From Octopus sinensis (Eukaryota), in NCBI RefSeq assembly GCF_006345805.1, contig NC_042997.1:140306001-140370000 (forward strand): 64,000 bases of DNA, read 5' to 3'. The position numbers and the translations under genes are program-made. Position 1 is the stretch's first letter; each line of letters starts with the position of its first letter. Positions 12,590 through 25,569 of the stretch are shown here, piece by piece. A model generated the notes under the pieces. That model did no database searches, was not told the DNA's origin, and saw nothing but the letters and a program-made list of their open reading frames with translations.

Positions 12590-12860
12590 CTGAATCCGAA
12601 TTTGTTATTCATTTAGTTCAGAAAAAATTTCCAAAAAAATGTTACAAGTTTTATAATTTTTAGCCAATCAGAAAACAGCGTTCGCTGCCTCTTCCATCAT
12701 CAGGGGAAGAGGACATCGGCATGTCAAAACATTGCTACTTCCCTTGTACACGCACTCACATACACACGTGTACTCACACGGATTTCAAACGCTGTTTGAT
12801 TTTTCTTTTCAGCGTTGAATGTTCACCATCCCATGTCCATTGCACACACACACACACACA

Positions 12861-12891
<31 letters not shown>

Positions 12892-14166
12892 ACACACACA
12901 CACACACACAAGCACACACACACACACAAATACACACATACACACACATACACACACACACACACACACACAAACAAACACTCACATATACTCACACAGA
13001 GTTGAAACACTCCCACCATCAGTTTGCCATCACCCCCTCCTTTCTTGATTCATCTACCACACTTTCCTTTCTCATCCATCTATCACCCCTTCCTTTCTTA
13101 TCCATATGTTGTAACGGAGAAAAACACAAGAGTATTATTATAGTGAGATTATCTTTCTCGTATCTCCTTCTACTCCTTGTGCGCATGCGCAGCATCTTTG
13201 ATTACTATGGAAACAGCTTTTCGCCACGGTGATGTGTAAAATACTCGCTTCTGATTGGCTAAAATACCCAAATTTCGCAAATTTCAAAGGCTAAAAATTT
13301 TTTTAATTATGGATTTATAGGAAAAATGAATTTCATTTTCATAATTAGTATACAAAATTTAATCCATATACCAATTTTGAAAACAATTGGTAAAAAATTG
13401 CCAAGTGGTGAAAACCACAATATTCAACACAAATTCAGCAGCTGAATTGTCAGTCAAAAGTTTAATAAAAAGATAGAAATAAGAAACATGTGTTGTAGAC
13501 ACAAGGCCAACAATATTTGAGAATAGGTTTAGTCGACAGTACTTCATAATACCAACTCCGAGATGAAAAGCAAAGTTAACCTCAACAAGATATGGGCTTT
13601 GTAATATGGATAATAATGGTTTCAAATTTTGGCACAAAGCCAGCAATTTCGAAGGTTGGGATAAGTCAATCACATCGACCCAGTGCTCCGCTGGTACTTA
13701 TTTTATCGACCACCAAAGGATGAAGGGAAAAATGGGCCTCGGAGGAATTTGAACTCAGAACGTAAAGACACATTGCTGCTAAGCATTTTATCTGGCGCGC
13801 TAGATTCTGCCAGCTCAATAAGAATGTCTTTTATTTGTTTCAGTCTGCGGCCATTAGACTGCGGCCATTCTGGGATACCCCCTTGAAGTTTCAAGTCGAA
13901 TGAATCAACCCCAGTACTTTTTTAAGCTTAGGACTTATTATATCGGTCACTTTTGTCGTACCGCTTTGTCACGGGTACGTAAACACACCAACGCTTTGGT
14001 GTTGGTTGGTTTATCTTCATAGGTAAACTAATTAGAGTTAGATAACGCTTAGTTATTGGTGTCTAGTATTGGAAGATTATACATACATACATACATACAT
14101 ATATGAATATATATATATATACATATACATATATATGAATATATGTATATATACATATACATATAC

Positions 14167-14568
14167 AGGCGCAGGAGTGGCTGTGTGGTAAGTAGCTTGC
14201 TAACCAACCACATGGTTCCGGTTCAGTCCCCTTGCGTGGCATCTTGGGCAAGTGTCTTCTGCTATAGCCCCGGGCCGACCAATGCCTTGTGAGTGGATTT
14301 GGTAGACGGAAACTGAAAGAAGCCTGTCGTATATATGTATATATATATATATGTGTGTGTTTGTGTGTCTGTGTTTGTCCCCCCAACATCGCTTGACAAC
14401 CGATGCTGGTGTGTTTACGTCCCCGTAACTCAGCGGTTCGGCAAAAGAGATCGATAGAATAAGTACTGGGCTTACAAAGAATAAGTCCCGGGGTCGATTT
14501 GCTCGACTAAAGGCGGTGCTCCAGCATGGCCGCAGTCAAATGACTGAAACAAGTAAAAGAGTAAAAGA

Positions 14569-14569
<1 letters not shown>
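14167..14569 (+). mobile_element. SINE family A, complete
   Basis: Head GGCGCAGGAGTGGCTGTGTGG...GGTTCAGTCCC, internal (TA)n/(TG)n, tail GTAAAAGAGTAAAAGAG. Confidence 0.92.
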
Positions 14570-14623
<54 letters not shown>

Positions 14624-14625
<2 letters not shown>

Positions 14626-15490
14626 GTGTTTGAGGGCAAGAAGCCCCTCGTGGTGTGGGATCACCCTGTATAGGCTCTTGATGTCAAGAGTGAAGAGAAG
14701 TTCCTAGGAGGGAAGGAGAAAGAGTTGAACAGACGAAGAGCATGGTTAGTGTCATGGATGTGAGAGAGGAGGGAAGATACTAGGGGGCAAGGATACGGTC
14801 AAGATATTTGGAGATAGGGCGGCCAGGGTTGTTAGGTTTGTGTAACAACCCTGGCCGCCCCATCGTATCCGTCTGAAACTGCCCCACGGAACTCATCTTC
14901 AAATATCTTGACCGTATCCTTGCCCCCTAGTATCTTCCCTCCTCTCTCACATCCATGACACTAACCATGCTCATCGTCTGTTCAACTCTTTGTCCTTCCC
15001 TCCTGGGAACTTCTCTTCACTCTTGACATCAAGAGCCTATACAGGGTGATTCCACATCACGAGGAGCTTCTTGGCTTCAAACACTACCTTGACCTTCGAC
15101 CTAACTCCCAACCTGACACTTCCTCACTTGTTCTCTCCACTAACTGCTTCTCGTTCGAGGATGACTTTTACCAACAAGTCTCGGGGGTGGCCATGGGAAC
15201 GAGGATAGGCCCCAACTATGCGAACCTGTTCGTTGGCTACGTTGAGGCCCAAATATCATCAAGATTTACTGGTCCTTCTCCCGAACTTTACAGTCATTAT
15301 ATTGACGAATGTATCGGTGCGACCTCGTTCTCCCGCAAACAACTCGACTCCTTCCCTTCCTTTGTCAAATCTTTCCATCCTGCCCTCGAATTCTCCTGCA
15401 CTATTTCCAACACTTCTTTTACCTTTCCCGACATTTCGGTCAGCATTCATCACTCCACTCTCACCACCTCCATCCACAGACAGCAGACTC
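14624..15490 (+). mobile_element. Penelope-like RT fragment with a 5' inverted duplication
   Basis: ORF 15046-15498: FSFEDDFYQQVSGVAMGTRIGPNYANLF, YSHYIDE, FTFPDI. 14624-14815 is the reverse complement of 14895-15086. Confidence 0.9.
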
Positions 15491-15573
15491 AAAAATGATG
15501 GATAGGTTTGTTCCCCATCAGTTTAATGACATTCAGAGAAACTGACGCCTTACAGTGTGTTCCATGTTGATTT

Positions 15574-16640
15574 CTAAGTTGGAAAGAGAACTATTTTTGT
15601 ATCGACTCTTTGCGTTGTGGTGATGGTAGGGAAACTGGCAGGTGGGGCGACAAACCTGGCAGTGACACGCCGCATGTTCAATTCAGATGTTAGGATTACC
15701 TGCACAGACCCATGCGACAGACCAACAACATCAGCAGTATTGCTGATTACCCCACGACGATCCTCATGCACAAGTTAATGAATTTTCTCCACATTTTTAA
15801 GGGTGATGCTCGTGACAGGTCTTCCAGATGGCTCATCGTCTTTCAAGTATGTTCTGTTTTCGAAGCGTCTGTACCACTCGAAACATAGCGTACGACCCAT
15901 TGTATCGTTGCCGTAAGCTTGTCGAAACAGGCTCAATGTCTCTGTAGCAGACTTCCCAAGTTTAACGCAAAATTTCACGTTGGCTCTTTGTTCCAACTTC
16001 CTGTGTATGACAAAATCGGAAACTACGGCATACACGTGATCACAAAAACACAAATTACGAAGTAAGCACAGCGACTCACTCGGATCACTGCCTCATGAAG
16101 GAGACTTCTAGCTCTCACTGCACATGCCACCTTGTGCTGCCATCTCTTATGTAATCATCATAACAAACATGAACAATCAACGTTGCCCATTGTCTCCCTT
16201 GATACAAGGACATTCAGTAAGTTTCCCGCCACAACAAATACCTTGTACAACAACGGCAGTCTAATAAAGTATCAAACGAAATAGACAACATATTCTTAAA
16301 ACAAACGAACACGTTCGCATAACAGAAGAATTAGATTATGAAAATATATTTCCAAAGTCAACAAACACGCATGAAAAAACAAAAACAGCACAACTACAGA
16401 ATTCAACACTACAAAATAATAAAACCACAAAAAGTGGACGACGAATAATTATTCCCTGTAGATACAGATGATGATAATAAAAAAAAATTAAATAAAAAAA
16501 GGAAGATGTTATGTAATCATCATAACAAACATGAACAATCAACGTTGCCCATTGTCTCCCTTGATACAAGGACATTCAGTAAGTTTCCCGCCACAACAAA
16601 TACCTTGTACAACAACGGCAGTCTAATAAAGTATCTCGTA
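15574..16640 (-). mobile_element. mariner transposon, 5' portion
   Basis: LEQRANVKFCVKLGKSATET...SGRP (15775-16053), LNMRRVTARFV (15574-15771); terminus TACGAG at 16640. Confidence 0.88.
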
Positions 16641-16900
16641 TCGTTAACATGTTTTTTCAGTCTCTCTCATTTTCTTAACCTTTCATACTAAGTACTCACT
16701 ACTTCCTTTAATACTCAATACATTATATATATATAACAACAACACCATCTGCTGGCACGTTACAGAACTAGTCCGGGACCTTTTTGATATCACTACGTGT
16801 GTGTGTATATATATTTCGTTTGCAAGATTCTTTATGTGAGTTCGTGTGTATTTGCATGTGTGTGTGTTTGTATACGTCTGTCTCCCTTTGTGTGCGTTTC

Positions 16901-16950
<50 letters not shown>

Positions 16951-17347
16951 AGTTTTTCGTGACTGTGTCTGTATCTCCATATATGTGGACACGTCTCTCC
17001 ATGTCCTGGTGTGAAGTGAAGTGTATGTGTATATGGTCAGGTGTTTCAGACTTAATTTGTGTATGTGTATGTATGCTTGTCTGTTCATATAACCTATGTA
17101 CCTATCCGTCAAGCGACTCCTTTAATTGAATGCTTTCTTTGGTTTATTAACGGAGTCGCTCGAAACGGCCGTAATGAATTGAAACTTACACATCTTTGTC
17201 ACTCATTTATATTACATGTATGTATATATGTATGAACGTGTTTATGCGTGTCTGTGTTTGTCCCTTCACCATCGTTTGACAACCACTGCTGGAGTTTATG
17301 TCCCCGTAAGTTAACGCTAGTATACATACATACATACATACAAGTGT

Positions 17348-17389
<42 letters not shown>

Positions 17390-17393
<4 letters not shown>

Positions 17394-17512
17394 TGGTTTC
17401 ATGCAGGCATAGCGTGGATTCGATCCTCGATAGCAAAATTTCACTTAACAGCTCAACAGAACTTTTCTCACAGTAAAACAAGTTTTTCTGTGAGTGACAG
17501 CAGTTACATTTG
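17390..17512 (+). mobile_element. Short tRNA-like repeat, second copy at 33679-33803
   Basis: GTAGTGG(T/C)TTCATGCAGGC.TAGC.TGGATTCGATCC followed by a shared ~85-bp body ending CAGCAGTTACATTTG. Confidence 0.6.
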
Positions 17513-18208
17513 GGCGGTCGGACAAGTTGTTTTGAGAAAATTTGGTTTAAATGTTTGACAACTCAGCACTTTTCATCCTATCGCAGTCAAGAAAATAAAT
17601 GTAAGTCAGCGATTAACCGCCACACCGAAAAGTCAGGCCTTGGGGTAATGTCAAATATGAGTAAAGTGGAAGTATACAAAAATAAATATAAATAATATAA
17701 ATAAACGATATAAATTTATATTATGGCTTATTATTCCTTATATTTTGAAGTACATACGAGGTCTGGTCAATAAGTATCCGGACTGTTATTATAGTAACGA
17801 AGCTAAAGTTCTCAGAGTGACGCTGCTTGGCACGGATTGACCTTGAACGCTGCTGTACATGCACACTAAGTTTTAACGTTCTAGCTTGCTTCCGATGGTT
17901 ACAACAGTACTTGGAAGGAAGGTGTGTAGCGTGTGACCATGACAGAAAAATTTGTCATGGCGATACCTGCTCAGATACCAAAGTTTCAGAAAGTGTATAG
18001 AGAGGAGTGTATGAGCCGCACACAAGTGTACGAGTGATTCAGACGTTTCTAAGATGGCCGAAAAAATGTCGATATTGACGAACGTTCTGGGAGACCAGCA
18101 ACAAGCAGAACTGAGAAAAACATCGCAGATGTGAGTGCAGCTGTGAGGGGAAATCGTCGAATAACCATCCGTGAGTTATCAGAGGATGTGCAGATTTCTT
18201 AAGGTTCA

Positions 18209-19788
18209 ATAAACCAGTACAACCTGTGTCAGTGGGGTAGAAAGGGCTCCTTAGCCGTAGTGAAGGCAATCTATCTAGGGAGATAACCTTACAATAAATC
18301 ACTCGGTCCGTAGCTTAGAAATACTGGGTTGACGTCCAGCGGGAACAGCTTTGTTTCATGGAGGAGGAAAGTTCTTCTTTAGTACTTGGTTGTACAATGC
18401 TTTCCAATGTGTGTAGTAGTGGCGCGCGCAAACATTATTAGCCATTTGAAAAGACTATGGAATTTACAATTAACTGCACTAGGGTTCCTCTTCCCCAGGG
18501 AACCAGACCTAATGGTATACCTACGGATGTAAGTCCAGCCCCTGCTTTGCCGGGTCCTGTCTCTGATCACGTTGCACCTCCAAGGGCATCCATTGACGGT
18601 GATGCCCTCAATCTTAACAGACGGGTATCACCTGATGGAGAAGAGTCAGCTCCCAACCAAACAACACCAAACAAACACCTCATCAGCTGTAAAAATCATG
18701 CGATACTCAGCACCTTCAATGCCCGCACCCTCGGCTCTCTTGGACGTCTAGAAGAACTTGGTGCAAATGCAGAATCACATGGCATTGATATAATAGCTGT
18801 CCAAGAACACCGATTTTACCACCCTGACAACATCCTCAAATACCATCAAGTCGATTCTTATCAACTTGTAACCTCCTCAGCATCAAAGAATACTGTTAAT
18901 TCAACAGTTGGAGGTATCGGATTTCTACTTTCATCAAAAGCCAGTGATACTCTCTTGAGTATAGAGTCAATCTCACCTAGAATTATGGTGCTTGAGATAG
19001 ATGGAAACCCGAAAACAACATTGGTATGTGTGTATAGCCCACATAATTCGTCTGTGACAGACGAGATTGAGAATTTTTATACTACCCTTCATTCAACCAT
19101 TGAGCAAGTACCTCTCCATAATTTTCTAGTTATAGCTGGTGATCTGAATGCTAGACTAGTACCCGATGAGACCAAGTTTACTTTCAACTCTAAAACTAAT
19201 CGGAACGGAGAAATGCTCAAAGACTTCTTGGAGGAATTTAATCTCTACACCTCCAACAATTCTTTTATGAAACCAAAAGGTCAACTTTGGACATTTGAGT
19301 CCCCACTTGGTGATAGGGCACAAATTGACTACCTCATCTAAGACTTCAAACTTGAAATCTTCAAAGCCACAGTCGAACCAATTCTACTATATGGCTCAGA
19401 AACCTGGACGTTATCAAAGAAGCTTGAGAGGTGGTTGGATGGAACCTACACTCGCCTCCTTATGAGAGCTCAAAATCTCTCGGGGAAGCGCCATCCTACG
19501 AAAATGCAAATATATGGGAAACTACCACCTCTGTCATCTCTTGTGAAAGGTAAGAGAGTCCAGTTTGCTGGACATTGTTGTAGAGCTGAAAAAGGTAATT
19601 TCTACTCTTCTCCTCTGGAAGCCATCTACTCGCAATACCAGAGGGCGCACACTCTCCTACCCTGATGTAATCTCCAGGGATACAGGCATCCAGCAACAGG
19701 ACCTCCGTAATGCCATGATGGACCGTGAAGTCTGACGTAGCATGGTAAATTCCATTGTCTCGACCACGGTCGAACAATGATGATGATG
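18209..19788 (+). mobile_element. Second RTE family, internally deleted (RT core missing), 8-bp TSD
   Basis: APE ORF 18457-19341 joined directly to C-terminal LLYGSETW / QFAGHC sequence; (GAT)n tail; AAGGTTCA at 18201-18208 and 19789-19796. Confidence 0.92.
18457..19341 (+). CDS. APE endonuclease domain ORF of the deleted RTE (294 aa), C-terminally truncated
   Basis: Open from ATG to a stop at the deletion junction. Motifs STFNART, VQEH, VYSPH, GDLNA, QIDY; the downstream SDH motif is absent. Confidence 0.75.
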   Translation: MEFTINCTRVPLPQGTRPNGIPTDVSPAPALPGPVSDHVAPPRASIDGDALNLNRRVSPDGEESAPNQTTPNKHLISCKNHAILSTFNARTLGSLGRLEELGANAESHGIDIIAVQEHRFYHPDNILKYHQVDSYQLVTSSASKNTVNSTVGGIGFLLSSKASDTLLSIESISPRIMVLEIDGNPKTTLVCVYSPHNSSVTDEIENFYTTLHSTIEQVPLHNFLVIAGDLNARLVPDETKFTFNSKTNRNGEMLKDFLEEFNLYTSNNSFMKPKGQLWTFESPLGDRAQIDYLI

Positions 19789-21728
19789 AAGGTTCAGTTC
19801 AGTCCATTATCACTGAAGATTTGTGTATGAGACACGTGTCCGTCAATTTGTGCCAAAATTGCTTTCAGCTGACCAAAGGGACACTTGGGTTTCAATTGCA
19901 CAAGATCTCCTTGATAGTGTCGAGAACGATGAAAACTTTTTGAAAACTTTGCGTAGGCCTCTGAGTATGTATCGTCAGGCTTTTGGCAGAATTTGATGCA
20001 GATTCTCTGCTCAGTTTTCTTTGTCATGGTCAATGCGACGATCACACGCTACACACGTTCCTTCCAAGCACTGCTGTAAACAGGGAAAGTGAGCTATAAC
20101 GTTAAAACTTAGTGTGCATGCACAGCAGAGTTCAAGGTGAATATGTACCAAGCGGCTTCACTCTGTGTGCTTTAGCTTCGTTACTATGGCAACAGTCCGG
20201 ATATTTATTGATCAGACCACGCATGTATAGGGAGACAAAAATCTTTTAAGTGCTTAGGGCCTCTGTGAATGTTAATCCGGTTCTAAAGAATAACGACATG
20301 TAAGCAAACAACTTCTGGTGCTGCATTGGCATGCGATCTACAAGGGAGATTACTTTCGGTTACTTTTTAGTTTACTTTCCAATTCCTAAAAACCCGTAAG
20401 ACGTTGGCTAAAGATTTTTACAATGTGATCAGCGACGAGACGAAGGCAGTTCCATTTTTAAAAGAAACAAGCACTAAATTCTCATCATTTCTTAAGAAAA
20501 TGAAAGGTTCTACTTTGGCATGCGATCTACAATTTAAAGAAAAATTATTTTAGGTGACGAAATCGAAGTAACCAGTAACCGGACAGTACAAAACAGAACT
20601 GGTTAACATAAAGGGCAGCAGAGTTATCTCCCATATAGGTCACAAACCGAAGCAGCACCCAAGTTCTACGCTTTACTTACTTCTAATTTGTTTACTTACA
20701 ACATATCTTTATTTCGATACATTTGCCAGCAGGTCAGGATTAAGATCCTCAGAGGCCTTTAAGCGCTTAGAAGATTTTTGTGTCGCCACATATATGCAAT
20801 TCAAAATATAAACACTAATAAACCATAAAATAAATTTCTACTTTTGAAAATGAAGCAAAACTAACGGTGTTTATTTTTGTATACTTGCACTTTGAAAAAT
20901 TTTTTCTTCTTTTTTTAATTGTAAATTCTTGGACCAGATCTTAAAAATTAATCTTACGTAACACGTCTAATTCTATACATAGTAGCGATGAGACATCCTA
21001 AATATTATTTTGGTAAGTTTAAAGTGACTTCTGTTGGGCCGTAAACTATTTGCCATTTCTGTGGTGCCTACTCTCTTCCCTTGATGCCCTCAGCACGTGC
21101 ATATTTTGCTTAATGGTTAATCCAGCGTTGCCTGCCAAGCAAATGATTTAATCTGAGACCGCAAGTTAGAACTAAAATTACAGCGGAGAAAACATAATTA
21201 AGCCATTCATAAAATACATCAAAGAGATTCTTTGCACTTGAAGAGTATTTAAATAATGCAGAGTAGTACACTTAATGTGGTGTTCAGTGTCCAAGAATAT
21301 TTAATCAATAGAAATTAGACTTGCCACGAAAAGTTATTAAGCGTTGTTGATAGATCTTGTCAGGGTACAGAACTCCGAAATTCAAATTGTTTTAACATTA
21401 AATGATTGCCAGAAAGAAGTGATGTAATGGAAGTTGAATACAAAGAAATATCAATAAAAAAATGCATCTGCCTATAATATTGTTGCTTTGAGTCTAAGAG
21501 CTTATGAAGTGGGAGATTATCCGGATTATCAGGGGATTTTAGACAACTGATTGTACAAGACTTCCTCCCCTCCAGCCACTGAATCGGACGTATTTCGTCA
21601 TTGAGAAAGAAATGTGTGGCGTCAGTAAAATGTAGGGGAGAGGAAAATACGTCTATTTTTTAAATTTAGGTATTTATGTCTGTGAGTGCGAATGTATTAG
21701 CGAGTGTGGTGGTGGTGGTGGTGGTGGT

Positions 21729-21791
<63 letters not shown>

Positions 21792-22254
21792 TGTGTGCGT
21801 GCGTGTGGGAAGAGTTGAAGTGAAACAAAATTTTAAAAAATTGGAACTAATGGAGAGAGAGAGAGAGGGGGGGGGGAGAGGGAGAGAGAGAGAGGGGGGT
21901 AAAGATAAAGAAAAGAGGGAAACATAAAGCTATTAAATATTCTCTAGGAAGAGGTTATGAGGAGAAAGCTCTCTGGAATCAGCAATGTCGGTGTGGTTGG
22001 TGTTATTCTTCAAAAAATGGATCGAAAGGGAACTCCAGGGAAATTCCTTTTCGTCGCTAATAATGAATTCTTGCTTGGCTTGCCGGCTAAATGCGATAAC
22101 ACTGACCTTTCAGTCACGGTTTAACTATATCACCTACCATCCGATGCTCAGTTGGAATATGGTGCCAGTGGACAGTTGCTACTGATGAAGAAGAAAAAAG
22201 CAGAAATTCAGATCTAGCTATGCCACCGCCGCTGCTGGGATCTTTGCATGCTGC

Positions 22255-22319
<65 letters not shown>

Positions 22320-22323
22320 CATA

Positions 22324-22724
<401 letters not shown>

Positions 22725-22772
22725 TATATACATATACATATATATACATATACATATATATACATATATATA

Positions 22773-23145
22773 TCTCTCTATATAAACGGCAGTTTGTCTG
22801 TGTGTGTTTCTGTGTGTCTGTTAGCTTGTACCCTCACCCTGACCACGGCTTTCAACCGATTCTGATGAAACTTATCACACACATAGCCCAATGTCATAAT
22901 TCAAAACTAACGCAGAGAAAATTTTGAAAAGTTCCCCCAGTTCTGAAAAAAATCGATAAATTCGACATGGGGTCGAGAATCAGAGACACAAACCACAGAC
23001 TGTCTAGGGGACGCAACTCGACCGTTTTAACTCTCAAAAAAAAAATTACCATAATTTCTTTTCCATTGTTTTGGCTATAACTCTCTAAAAATGCTTTATA
23101 GTTATTTCCCTTACAAACCCGAGCAACGCCGGACGATACTGCTAG
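22773..23145 (+). mobile_element. Non-autonomous Helitron
   Basis: A|TC start; 3' hairpin CCGAGCAACGCCGG then CTAG|T. Confidence 0.8.
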
Positions 23146-23372
23146 TATATATATATATATATATATGTAACGATGCAGTGATCGAATCCACTTCATGCTT
23201 GCAAGATTCACTTCATATATATTAATACTAGCATCTAAAAGAGGTGCTTTCTGAAGTCGAATACCTTCGTTTACAGACTTTCAGCAGTATGTATACACAT
23301 TATATATATATACAGGTCACTAATTTGAACTAATACTGCTTTCGACGCTGATAATGAATTTTGTTTTATTTG

Positions 23373-23650
23373 TTACCCTGCACGCGTAAGTGAAAGCAGG
23401 GTATTGTAATCACTCATCTTTCTCTGTTTGTCTGTGTGTTTACAAAATTACTGGAAAAACTGCGGAACGGATGTTCACCACATTTGGCTGAAATACTCAT
23501 TGGGGGAGTGACTCAAAATGATAAACATTTGGTTTGATTATCTTAAAAAAATAATAATAATTGAACTTAGAAATTTTCCGATAAGTGGTCATATCATTTT
23601 GTTCACTCTCCTTTTCATATAAACCGCCCCTTGTCTGCATAGATTATGGT
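23373..23650 (+). mobile_element. Possible Helentron-associated (HINE/DINE-1-like) element
   Basis: TTACCCTGC...GCAGGGTA stem followed by GTTTGTCTGTGTG. The 3' end is not defined. Confidence 0.4.
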
Positions 23651-24436
23651 GTACCTATGCGCGTAGACACGTATGCGTACATACATACATACATACATAC
23701 ATACATACATACATACATACATGCATGCATACATACATACATACATACATACATACATACATACATACATACATACATTCATAGATATGCGACTGTGTGT
23801 GTGTGTGTGCACACTGATGGATACGAGGGTTTCGTTTATTTACAAGTTGATGTCTTAATTTCACCAGAGTATAAATACCTATAATGGTGATACTTAAAAA
23901 CAAATTAATTCAGTTTAATTAAAAAGCATGTGTAAGCCACGCATTGTAAGCTACAGTGTAATTTGCGAAAAATTTTATCTGCGCGCTGGGTATGCATCGC
24001 CTCTCTAATGCCTTTTCTTTTTTCATTTATTTATATTTTTGTTTTAGAGAAGGTGGGTTGTGCACAGTGGGTATCGCAGGTTCTGGTTGTGGGTAAACCA
24101 ATATGAGTGACGACCACTGGGGAGGCATGAGTAGATGTTTCAAGAAATCAGTCAGTTCTGAGGCCATTGAAGAAGTGATAGAAAAGAAGAACAAAGAGAA
24201 TGAACATCTGTGAGGACGAGGTTTGAATGTATTGGTAAGTAACATCATGGTAATCAACCAGGTGGTCTTTTGGGGGTGGTCTATGATGTCCATCTTTGGG
24301 TCAGAAGCATTGACCCACGTGTGAGACCAGAGAGAACTCTTAAATTCACATTTATTAAACTTAAAGAAGGCATCCTGCTGTGGGCGAGTCTGAGTGCTAA
24401 TTCCTGTGGTGGCATGTTTCGGTATGATTAGAGACC

Positions 24437-24668
24437 TATTTCTTTATTACCCACAAGGGGCTAAACACAGAGGGGACAAACAAGGACAGACATAGGTATT
24501 AAGTCGATTACATCGACCCCAGTGCGTAACTGGTACTTAATTTATCGACCCCGAAAGGATGAAAGGCAAAGTCGACCTCGGCGGAATTTGAACTCACAAC
24601 GTAACGCAGACGAAATACCGCTAAGCATTTTGCCCGGCATGCTAACGTTTCTGCCAGCTCGCCGCCTA
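24437..24668 (-). mobile_element. SINE family B, complete
   Basis: Tail CTATTTCTTTATTACCCACAAGGGG through head ...CTGCCAGCTCGCCGCC. ATGATTAGAGACC is repeated on both sides of the SINE cluster. Confidence 0.9.
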
Positions 24669-25120
24669 TAATGTTGGGTTTTTAATGTCTGTAACTTAGC
24701 GGTTCAGGAAAAGAAAACGATAGAAAATGTACTGAAATAAAAGGAAGAAAAACGAACACTGGGATGATTAGAGACCCTCTACTCATACCGCTCACAGCAG
24801 GATGCCTTCAAGTTTAATCAATGTGAAGTTCAGAGTTCTCTCCTATGCTGTTCTTGACAACAACGTCACTAACGCCAATGACTTTTCTTTTGGTTACAAG
24901 TGTAAGTTCATAATTTAAGAATAATATCCTTATTCACTCATTCACCGCATTAAGTATGTCGCTCCGCAGTTGATTAAATACTTTTTAAGCTGAAAGAGCA
25001 GTGCTTTTATTTTTACGCTCAAATGCTTCTGCTTTCTTTGACTACAACATAGATTAGTAACAACTGGTTTGACAACGACATAGATTAGTAACAACTGGTT
25101 TGACTACAACATAGATTATT

Positions 25121-25286
25121 AGGCACAGGAGTGGCTGTGTGATAAGTACCTTCCTTACCAACTACATGGTTCCGGGTTCAGTCCCACTGTGTGGAACCTT
25201 GGGCAAGTGTATTCTACTATAGCCTCGGGCCGACCAAAGCCTTGTGAGCGGATTTGGTAGACGGAAACTGAAAGAAATCCGTCGTA

Positions 25287-25358
<72 letters not shown>

Positions 25359-25569
25359 TGTGTGTGTTTGTGTGTCTGTATTTGTCCCCCCAACATCGCT
25401 TGACAACCGATGCTGGTGTGTTTACGTCCCCGTAAATTAGCGGTTCGGCAAAAGAGACCGATAGAATAAGTACTAGGCTTCCAAAGAATAAGTCCTGGGG
25501 GTCGAATTGCTCGACTCAAGGCAGTGCTCCAGCATGGCCGCTGTCAAATGACTGAAACAAGTAAAAGAG
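25121..25569 (+). mobile_element. SINE family A, complete
   Basis: Colinear with 14167-14569. Confidence 0.92.

Larger units (their letters stand above)
17757..20221. mobile_element. mariner-derived element whose right end is an inverted copy of its 5' end; split by an RTE insertion
   Basis: Left end CGAGGTCTGGTCAATAAGTATCCGGACTGTT; reverse complement at the right end. Transposase fragments (RSGRPATS, GSVQSIITEDLCMR) are continuous across the RTE. Confidence 0.88.

Noticed and set aside
20960-22260. Non-repetitive stretch that might be regulatory or a UTR exon
   Set aside because: No ORF, splice pair or motif cluster can be supported without conservation or expression data.
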